From the NCBI GenBank assembly GCA_964252035.1, contig OZ176204.1: a DNA stretch of 64,000 bases, one strand, 5' to 3'. Source of the stretch: Podarcis erhardii. Its lineage: Eukaryota. The translations under genes and the position numbers were made by a program. Shown one piece after another: positions 53,832 through 64,000 of the stretch (positions are counted from its first letter, which is position 1; the number at the start of each line of letters is the position of its first letter). The notes beneath the pieces are model-generated. The model was not told the origin of the DNA, searched no databases, and was given only the letters and a program-made list of their open reading frames with translations.

Positions 53832-55421
53832 CTTTACGGAGGCAAAGTCTCCCTACCACCTGCACCATGATTCTCCTTGGCAAGGAATTTCTTGTGATGC
53901 CCACTAACATTCTGCTGACTGAAAAATCTTGCAGAGATGCTGTTATTTGTAATCCTACACTGATCATATTTCACAGTCCCAGAGAAGAATCTTTGCCTTA
54001 GGGTTACCATCTGGATGCTTTCGAACCAGCTCAATGTGTGAGTTTCTCAGTTCCCACTCTTGTTTATAACCAGGCATTTTTTGAGCCTGTTCAAGTCTGT
54101 CCACCCACTGCTTCTAGAAAAAATGGCAAGCCTAGTTTGCCTCCAGCACCCTCGGCTTTGCTGGAGAAAGTAATTCATGTTGTTCATTTGCCAAGCGAGA
54201 ATTCCTGATCCTGTCAGTTGGTCTCTCTCAAACAAATCACACATTATTGAATTACAGTAATATAGAGTTATGCAATCAAATACAACTTATAAGCACCGAA
54301 ACACACATACACTAAAAAGCCCATGCGGTCTGTCTACCACTTTATTTTCTATTTCCCTTGTTCAACTTGGCAGTTTTAAGCAACAGTACTTCCAAGTCCC
54401 CTGTGCAGTGTTAAAATTTATTCCTACTTTTAAATGAAATGTGAAAGCAGCCAAAAGAGCAAGTATTATACACTTCTGAAGTCAACAACCATCCGTGACA
54501 ATTAGCAATAGCAATATCGTGTTATTTCCCCCTTTGAGATTAAATGCCCTCAGTTTCAGCAAGTACTTCAAATTCTCTGCACTATGAGAATTGTCTAGAT
54601 TGTAGAGTCTAGACACATTGCCCCTGAGCCACATTACGTTTTCCAATGTTAATTGGAAAAAGGCTAAGCAGAATTTGATCAAGTATGCACAGTTCTGAGA
54701 ATTAAAAGTATATTCAGAATGTTGATTCTTTAGTTAAAATGGCTTCATAGACATCACAACACCACTCTCTTGTGCAATACAGAAAAAATACATTCAGAAT
54801 GCCAAATCCTAACGGAGAGTGAAAGGGGATGTTTTGCTTAAATATTCTGCACTATACTATTAAGGCTGGTATTTTTTTGGCAGGCAGCTTCCTACAAAAA
54901 TAGTCATTTAATTATTTGGAAACCCAAGCTACCTATTGCAGCTAAATTTTTTTGCACTCTAAAGTTACACTTCTAAGTTCCCACAATGCAAATACAAAGT
55001 ACATGTGCAGATCTGAAATCCAATATAAGGTAAAATAGAAGTTACTGCACATCTTGGTGTTTCCTTCCTCATGGCTATGAAACAGCAGGATATATGCCAG
55101 CCTCAGAATCAAAATACTTCTTATAAATAAGATACAGCAGAGTGTTCTTTCACACACAGTGGGAGGAAATAAGCGAGATACAGAAACTGTACTTGTCTTC
55201 TGTGCTACTCTGTCTATAAAACCATGCTAGATGTCTCTGTTATATAAACTTACACCAGTGTTTATAACGACCATGGATTCCCCCAAAGAATCCTGGGAAT
55301 TGCTGTGTGAGACATCGCTGCAAATTCTCTGAGAACTCTACTGCTCACAAAACTAGTTTTCAGGGTTTGGTTGGGCAGCAAACCAAGTTGAGAGGTGTGA
55401 ACAGGACCCAAGAGAGAAGTG

Positions 55422-55792
55422 CCGTATTTTTTTGTGTATAAGACAACCCCCCCAAGAACTAATAGGCCGAAATTGTGGGTCGTCTTATACATAGAAAGCA
55501 GAGGGGTGATGGGTGATTGGTGGCAGCAGGCAGCAGGAGATTGGCAGTGGCAATTTGGCATGTGTTTGGTTGGACGTACAATCTGCTGTGGTTGCATCGA
55601 TTGGGCAAGGTGGGCTTTTAGTGGACGTGGTGATGTATTCAATTTTCAGTTGTGGGCAGCCCCTGTAGAGCACTTGGCGGTGGTGACCCCCCCAAAAAAG
55701 CTCAACAACTCTGGGCAATCTCCCCCCCCCCAAGCTAAAAAAAATAGGGGTCGTCTTATACCTGGGGGCATGTTATACACGGAAAAGTATGG
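55422..55792. mobile_element. Tc1/mariner-superfamily MITE related to 31892-32286, opposite orientation
   Basis: ccgtattttttgtgtataagac ... ttatacacggaaaagtatgg|ta; internal gtcgtcttatac sub-terminal repeats. Confidence 0.85.
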
Positions 55793-58409
55793 TACTCTTG
55801 GTTGCCTAAAACCAAACTGTCTCCCCCTTCCCTACTTCTTTCAGGCCTTCATGAAAACACCCCCACCAGAAAAGTGGTTTTCCTGTTCTATAAGACTATA
55901 TAAATCAAAGAACATAACCCATTAGAAGTGAATAGTTTTGACAATACAGGTTACTGTATGTCTGTATACTGTATGTTAAGAGACTCTTAAGAGGGGTTGT
56001 GTATAGAAGAAACAGAAGACACTTACAACTGGTGTTACCACCTTCTTATTTAGACATCTGATATTGAGGAAGAGGTTGAACAACAAAATACAATGGAATC
56101 TGAGTTAAGATGTTTCACATGCATTACAGTAACACCAAAATGGCTGAAAATGATGCATGAAATACCTATTTAGATAAGTAGCTTAAGATATAATAGTAAT
56201 GTTTTTGAAACTTGAGCTGGGTGAAAAAAGGGGAGATGAGATGATATAGGTTACTGTGACTCTAGACTTCTCAATTCCAACTTGCAATCCTAGGTTCCCA
56301 AAATGATTCCATAATTACTATTTATATTATATTTTTAATATATTAATAACCTTCAGTGTGCCTGTTCTAGAAATCCTGTGAAATGCATCACTATCATTCT
56401 TCTGTTAAAGATGAGAAGCTGATGTTCAAATAGTTCAGAATATAGTCTGGAACTTGTTTATGGTAGCCACTGGGAGAAGTAAAGTACTATGCAGGGAGGC
56501 AAAACCCCACCTTCTGTCCAATGGGAAACCTATTTAGGGACTGGTGGTGGGTTGCTGTTTATTAACTTGTCTAAAAACATTTTAGAGTTGGGGAACCATT
56601 ACTATTTGTTCTAGGGACACAAAGTAAGTCCATTACAGAGACAGAACCTGATCCAACAATCCATCAATTGGATTGTTGGTATTGGAGGTCAATATTAACA
56701 CTTACCTGCAGAGCAGGTAGTACATTATCATTCCAGTGTTCAGGGGAAATCTATATTATTTGAGATTTATGCAACAGGCAGCTGCAGGAAAGTACGTTCT
56801 CAAAGGGAGTTAACAAGTTACCTTAGAATAAAACAGAGGTGTATTCTGTGCCCTTTCAACAACTGAAGAACAGTAAACAGCTGCTTTTCCATCTGGTGAT
56901 ACTACTAACAGGCTAATGGTATTTCCACTACAAAACAAAGGACTCAGCCATGATCAAAGCCACCAGCAAGCATCTCAGGACAGTCAGAACAAGAAATATC
57001 CAAAGAGGATTTCGTTCCAAGCAGAGTTAATATTATTCTACAACACTCCTCATAGTGAAGGTAAAGCGATGATTTTCTTATTATGCCAGTACAATATTAA
57101 GCCATGAAATTTCTTGCTTGAACAGGATTAGCTGCATACCTTTATGGCAGAGCTAGGTTAATGCTCAAAAGAATGCATTCATTTTCAGTGGAAATTCATA
57201 GTGCTGAAGATTTATCCTTCCCTCAAATGTTTGCATAACATGAAGATTAGCTGAATAAATGTGTGATTATTTCTCTCCTGGGACCTCCACAAGGACACGT
57301 CTAAAATGCATGCTACTAAAAGGGAAAAGGTGGCTTGACATCTTGCCAACAGGGTGAACCACGCATCCAATATTCCATCTTGTAATTTGGCCATGTGTTA
57401 GGAACCTGGTTGGATTTTAAAGGCAGCATAATAGCATTTTCAACACCAACTAAGAAGGCAGGTTAAAGATCATCTCACAGAGAACATATAATCACCCAGA
57501 TAATATGTTATTTGGCAATGTATAAATAAAATATAAATCTACAAATAAGGCGGCATTCATACAGAAAACCTGCCTCTAAGGGGGTAAGCGGGGTAATATG
57601 TACACTGCCACTGGTTCAGTGCAAGTGCTTATTGTAAGCAATTACAAGGGCTGGGGGGAAAAAACGGGGAAAATAATAAAAAACCCATGGTGCCTCTAGA
57701 GTTTGCAGTGAAGACAAGAGAAGTTTACAGTTTGTCTGAAGCAGAGGGGCTGTAATCCAAGCTTTACGTATTTGGTGCAATTTACACAGCTGTTTTTACA
57801 ACAGACTTGTAAATCGCCTTGGGATAAAAGCAGGAGGAGATTCATAAAACAACAACACCATGGCAGGGGCATGGTTGCCACTCCCTGGTGGGTTTTGAGT
57901 CAACTGGGTTGGAAATGCATAAGAAGAGGTCATCACAATGTGGGTTGCCTGGTCAAGTGGGCAATTCTCAAACCAGCCCTTCCCCTCTATCAGGGCTGCT
58001 ACAATTTCTGTGGGAAGTAACTGCCTTATCAGTGGGGAACCAGTGCCCCCCCCCCAGAAGTTGTTGGACTACAACTCTCATCAGCCCAAATCAGCGCGGA
58101 CAAAAGTCAGGGCTGATGGGAGTCATGGTACATGGTGCAACACAGTCTAGAAGGCCACAGCTTCCAAGCTCTGCTATAAATCTTCAAAATAAATATATTT
58201 TACGGGGTAATTAATTTCCAAATATTTGATGTCCAAATATGCAGATTATGTGTGGATTTTATGTTATTCAAAATGATACTGATCTTTGGTGAGAATGAGA
58301 TTCAGATAAGACTATAAAGTCCTAGATGCCTGCATGCTATCCTTGCTCCTTCTAAAATTTAATAGAGGGTAGCAATACGTTACTAGTGAGCATTACTACT
58401 GGATTTACA

Positions 58410-58502
58410 AAGCAATCCTGTGCATGTTTACTCAGAAGCAAGTCCCATCAAATTTGAGGAGGGAGACTCTCCACCACTAAGTGTGTTTAGGACTGCAATC
58501 TA
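58410..58502. repeat. Old ~90-bp palindromic interspersed repeat (gcaatcct.tgcatgtttactcagaag family)
   Basis: Imperfect terminal inverted repeat. Related copies near 40480-40570 and 62178-62265. Confidence 0.6.
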
Positions 58503-60845
58503 AGTCAAGATTTTCCAGCAGAGGCTCAGCACTTCCACAAAACATTAACTCCAGTCAGCAAAATTAAATCAACACTCGGCTGGCACTAAAAATTGGAACA
58601 CTACAAACAATTTATACCCGTGCATAATGTTGCACTGTAATTTAAGCAGACAAAAAGGGGAAAAGGGAAAGGACAAAATTGTTTCTTTACAACTCATCTT
58701 TACAACTTAATGAGATGGAAAAATTCCATTAAAAGGAACTTTAAACATATTATACTCCCCATCTCCGTATTCAGAAAATAAAATGTCATATCCTAGCTAA
58801 TATGAATTGAATGGTATTATCCGTCTGATTTGGGTTTATATGAAAAATGTCCTTTATGGGAAAGGGAAGAACAAAGCACCTTGAATTACCACACTGAAAT
58901 TTGAGAAGAGAATATGGGTTAACTTGGCAGTAGCAAGGGGGGAGGGGAACACTCCTAGGACTCTTTATAGTCCAAGGCACTGGTATGTGCCACAGTTTGC
59001 AAAAAGTCAAAACCAAATATTATATAGTGCCCACTGTCGGTGCACATGCATTCAATGTGCCTCATTTGTTTTGCCTTAAGTTTGTAAAAATGCTGGATTT
59101 TCTAACATGGTAAGCAGATGCCAGGAGCTGCCCTGACGGTCTAATCAATTCAACCAAAATCCCAGACTGTGTGGGAAATTCTGCTTTAGAACTGAATGCA
59201 GTTTGGCCTATAATCCACTGAAGCATTTATGGTTAGCTGAAGTGGACTCCTCGATCCAAACTAGATCCAAACTAGGTCCAAACTAGATCCAATGCCATTC
59301 ATGCAACTGGAACAAGTGGGAAGTTTAGATCAGGTCCACAGTGTGAGGCAAAGTGCAGAATCCCCCCTAGCCTGCACATCCAGGCCTCTGTCCATATGAG
59401 GGTGCCCACAACCGCAATTTATTTTCTAGAAAGCCACTGCTAATTGCATGAATGACGTCATATACCTAGTAAAGTCCTCAGAAGAATCTCCACTGGCTAC
59501 CAGCCAGCTATGGGGTTGCCATCTTCTGGCAACCATGTTGGCCATTTCACACTTGACCAAAGCCAAAACTCCATATGGATGCAAAATAAAACACATATTT
59601 AGTGGCAAATGACATAAGGCTTCTTTTAGGTTTTTTTTAAAGTTTTTAGTATACAAATATATTAAATAAATGGCAATATGTGATTTTTTTAAAGCACCAA
59701 TGATGAATGCAGTCTAACTTATCTCTGCTTTGCAGTTTGAAGAGATAAGACACAATGTTTAGATGAGAGTACAAGCCTTATCTTTTAGCAACATTACATC
59801 AGTTATTGGCTGACCTTCAAAGGACAAAAACAAATGCAAAGACAAAGCTTTCCGTAGTAAATTCATGCTCAAGTCCTGGCCCAATGCTATATAAATGGCT
59901 ATTTTAAACCTGCCTCGCTAGGAGGCTAGAATCCATAAGGTTGGCATGATGAAAATTGCATTATAAAGGGTTCACCCTATATAGAATCATTGCCACTAAC
60001 CCACAACTACTTTCTGTCCTGCATCTACAACTACCATTGCCTGTGATCTGGGAGACCACTACTTCTGCAGCACAAAGCATACCGCTCATGGGTGGTAACC
60101 AGCATATGGACCAAAATTCTCAATGAGGATGATTTTGAGATACTGAAATAGTGAGAGTGAGTGTCCAGTTTAGCAAAAGCTACTGTTCCCTTTAAAAGAA
60201 CGAATACAACATTTTAGCATTTTCTTTTTCGTTCTCTACTGCAGAGTCCTCTAAGGTAGGGTGCTGGGGGAGGGCAGGTTAACCCTTTCCTTCTGCAGTA
60301 CAAATCCCCAAAGTTGCTATTTGTTCCAATATAGATCTCTGTATGTCTCCTCACAGAATTAAAAATTGTGAGTGGAAAATTGGCTTTGATGGGTCACATA
60401 TCAAACAGGTGCGCTCTCCCTTGCAGCTGCACCAAGAAACTCCAGCAGGTTAAAACTTACAAGTGATTTTTTTTTCATTTCTCTGGTTACAAATAGAAGT
60501 TATAGCTATAGGACCAGAATCCTAAATATCCTTCCTTATGAGGTATTTTGAATTAGATAAGTGGGATTTACTTCTGTGCAAATATAGCCAATTAAAAAAT
60601 TGTTTATTAAAAATGTAGTTATTTCACATGGGAGCTCACAACATTTTAACATAATTCAAGACCATTAGGGTTGGGCTGAAAAAGCACTAGACCTATCTTT
60701 TCTCCTGCTGGTCTTGTTAGTGTCACATTTTCATTATCTCTGTCCTATAACTGCTGTACCAGAAAGTACATCCACCACTCCAAATGTCTTTTCATCCAGT
60801 TCAATTCTAAAGAAGATAAAAGGGAAGTTCCACCTCTTTTTGTGT

Positions 60846-61334
60846 AAGCAGAGACATCACCTTGCCAACAAAGGTCCGTATAGTAAAAGCTATGGTTTTC
60901 CCAGTAGTGATGTATGGAAGTGAGAGCTGGACCATAAAGAAGGCTGATCGCTGAAGAATTGATGCTTTTGAATTATGGTGCTGGAGGAGACTCTTGAGAG
61001 TCCCATGGACTGCAAGAAGATCAAACCTATCCAGTCTGAAGGAAATCAGCCCTGAGTGCTCACTGGAAGGACAGATCGTGAAGCTGAGGCTCCAATACTT
61101 TGGCCACCTCATGAGAAGAGAAGACTCTCTGGAAAAGACCCTGATGTTGGGAAAGATGGAGGGCACAAGGAGAAGGGGACAACAGAGGACGAGATGTTTG
61201 GACAGTGTTCTCGAAGCTACCAGCATGAGTTTGACCAAACTGCTGGAGGCAGTGGAAGACAAAAGTGCCTGGCGTGCTCTGGTCCATGGGGTCACAAAGT
61301 CGGACACGACTAAACGACTAAACAACAACAACAA
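60846..61334 (+). mobile_element. BovB (RTE-clade LINE), 5'-truncated 3' end with (AAC)n tail
   Basis: Starts aagcagagacatcaccttgccaacaaaggtcc; encodes LRLQYFGHLMRREDSLEKTLMLGKMEGTRRRGQQR; ends acacgactaaacgactaaacaacaacaac, the typical squamate BovB terminus. Confidence 0.95.
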
Positions 61335-63019
61335 GTATCTCATCACTAAGGAAATTTGAACGGTGCTAATAAAAATTTAAATTGGAGAGTAGCTAAAGCA
61401 ATGAAACTGGTGCAGCATCCTCCATGCTTTTTTAAAAAATTTTTTGCTATAGCATTCATTTAACAGAACACCAGAAGTTATCAGCACATTTCTAAATGCT
61501 ATTTTATTATCTTTTGGGGGAATTGGGGGGGGGGGAATCATACAGCAGACTAGGAAACAGACTGCATGAGAGCAGTAAATTACTTATAAATAAAATATGG
61601 TGACAGACTTCATCTTCTATGCAGTAGGCAAACAGCTCTCTGCTTGTAAAATGCAAATAAGTTGTATTTAAGGTCTGGCCAGCTGATGAGCACTGCGGTA
61701 AGAAAAAAAACCAACCCCCAAAATGAGACCCATTTTCTTGGGCTTAATGTACTAATGATTCCTAACTTTATTCATTGGATTGCTAGGGATATCCACTTAA
61801 GAGAGGACCCGTATGATTTTTGTAAAAAGTCATCACAATGGGTCTACAAAAGAAGGAGATAGACTAATATTTTGAAACAGAAAGGAGGGTAACTGGCAGA
61901 ATAAAAACTGCAGATACCATCAAATCTCTTAATTTTGGCATTTAATTTTCCTTGCTTGTAATTAGGCTTTCAAAGGCTAGCACCGATGCGCTGAGTGGTG
62001 TCAAAATCAATGCCACATCGCTGATTAAATCTGAATTAAAATAAAGCCGAGATAAGCCCAATTTTTCACACCATCTATGTAGAAGAATTTTATGATGCTG
62101 TTCCACTAGTTAGGATTACATATATTCTCACTCTACAGAGGTTTCTATTAGATAACTTCAAATAAGCCATTTATGGTGCAAGCTTATTCATGTTTACTCA
62201 AAAGAAAGCTCCATTGACCTAAGTGGATCTTACTCCCAGGTAAGTGCACAAAGAATTACAGCCATCTTCCAAGCATATTCTTTTCTATCTTACCTTAAAA
62301 CATTTATAGGCCACCTTTAAGAGTAAAACCTCTCCCAAGGCTGCTTTCCACCATAAAATATTAAATACAATAAACATTATCACGCACTAATAAAACCAGC
62401 AGAAAAGCAAATACATCTCACCCAGAACACAGCTGAAGCCAAAGTCAATCATAGCTACAGCCAGAGACTATTTGTTTTTGAACTAATTTGTGTTCTTTAA
62501 AAACAACGAAGCATCCTGCAATTATAATTACACATAAGTAGTTTGTTAACATTCTGTTACTTAATAATGTATTAACATTCCGTTTTCCTCCTTCTTAATG
62601 GTTTGTTTTATTTACACGCATTAACTAATTATTTTATTAGAGGCGTAAACTAATTAGGTTTAAAACAAATTAACAGGAGTTATGGAACAAAGGGAATGGC
62701 TCGATTCGGAATCATGGCAAACCACAGTGAAGGAAGCTAAGGAATCAGTCATGATTGCGCCAGCCCCAGATCAGGAGCCAAACATGTTAAAGGCAACTGG
62801 GTGACTTAGCATTGCTGAAGCAATCACCATAGATGACAGCGACATGAAAGGGCAGACAAAAGCTGAATGCAGAAAGGGCAGTAAAAGGATACGAAGTTCC
62901 TCAAGTTTAGAAGGTAATTCAGTAGCATCACAGAATTCAAATCAGGATGAGAACGACATCTGAGTTAATGGAAAATAAAACTTCCTGGGTTGGGTCTAAC
63001 TAACACAGAAACTAAAAAA

Positions 63020-63385
63020 ACACGAACAGGATATGGACAGTGCAAATTACACCCAATAAAGAAGAATGGATTAAGCAAAGTGATGGAATATGCTGAATCA
63101 GCAAAGTTAACAGCTAAAATAAGAGAACTTAATGATGATTGCTTTATTGAAGAATGGAAGCCTTTTCTGGGTTACTTAAAGAAATATTATAACGTGATGA
63201 AACCGTGAGCAGGATTTGAACTATAAACAACAGAGAGAATTAGGGATTACTGTGTTAGGGTGCAGCAAAGGGATAGAAAAGAAGAACATCATGGGAAATG
63301 GGATGGGAAGTCGATAATATGAAAGGAAAATTCATTATGTATTGGAACTTTATGTGCAATATGTGGAAATTTTAAAAAAGAAACA
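63020..63385 (+). mobile_element. Lizard-type L1 3' fragment (ORF2 C-terminus plus 3' UTR)
   Basis: W..PNKEEW, then after a frameshift KVMEYAESAKLTAKIRELNDDCFIEEWKPFLGYLKK, matching the squamate L1 ORF2 end (PTKEEW..KLMEYAEMAKLT.KI). Followed by gggatgggaagtc and an A-rich end. Confidence 0.8.
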
Positions 63386-64000
63386 AATTAGACCCTTGAC
63401 TTGAACAGAAGAAAACATGCTCTCTTGCAGTTCCATCTGCCCTGACTGGGGTATCTTAGATTAGAAGCCGAGGGTGTTGCCAATAACAGTATTTCTCCTT
63501 AGGTGCAATTTAGAGAGACTGGTTGCCTTAGGTCACATCTATGCACTGTTCATTCACATTATTTTGTACATTTGAGTTACATCCAAGAGATCAGGGAGGG
63601 CAACTGAAACATCTGGTGGAGCATCATGGAGCATCAAAAAAAGTATCCAGGGGAAAAAACACAATAGAAAAAGATAAAATAGCCCTTCCTAGGGTATAAA
63701 GCAGCTATATATAAAAGAAATGTGTGTGTTGTAATCCATAAACTCGTTTTCATTGAATTCTGCAGCAAGTCCTTGCTCATTTCGGTGGACAAACAACATT
63801 TTTTCCTCTCTGCACTTTTCTGGGCAAGAATAAAGCTAATGTGGAATTGCTGTTTTGATACCTCAGCACTTCTCAGTGCTACTCTGAAAGTACGAACGAC
63901 TAATATATGTGCACAATGCGCACCAGAGAACGGGAACAAATATTCATATTTATGATTTGGCTTTTTCTTGCCAACAGGCTGTAAGCTTGGTTGCTTTGAA

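Noticed and set aside
60807-61346. 179-aa minus-strand ORF
   Set aside because: Antisense frame of the BovB fragment.
49636-64000. MICU1.1 muscle micro-exon (EFWQ)
   Set aside because: It lies further 5' in the gene than any exon found here, and I saw no matching micro-exon.

Overview
Vertebrate genomic DNA from a squamate reptile, probably a lacertid lizard (inferred from the Sauria SINE, BovB and lizard-type L1/L2/MITE families). The only supported gene is the 3' part of MICU1 (mitochondrial calcium uptake 1) on the minus strand. Five coding exons (49635-49438, 36123-35986, 29193-29085, 13276-13187, 6922-6762) have canonical GT-AG borders and splice in frame into 231 aa + stop, colinear with human MICU1 residues ~246-476. 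The rest is intron, 3' UTR and downstream DNA, dense in transposon relics: a decayed Rex1/Babar LINE next to a 200-N assembly gap, BovB, L1, L2 and CR1 fragments, several SINEs, and Tc1/mariner- and hAT-type MITEs. I found no convincing new biological system, no CRISPR array and no rRNA or tRNA gene. The best leads are modest: a Rex1/Babar element (a clade best known from fish) in a lizard, inverted L2 tails bracketing a symmetric MICU1 exon, a candidate in-frame 96-nt MICU1 cassette exon, and the absence of the next upstream MICU1 exon near the gap. Repeat family names and the human MICU1 comparison come from recalled sequences, not database searches. Repeat boundaries are approximate unless TIR/TSD are given.
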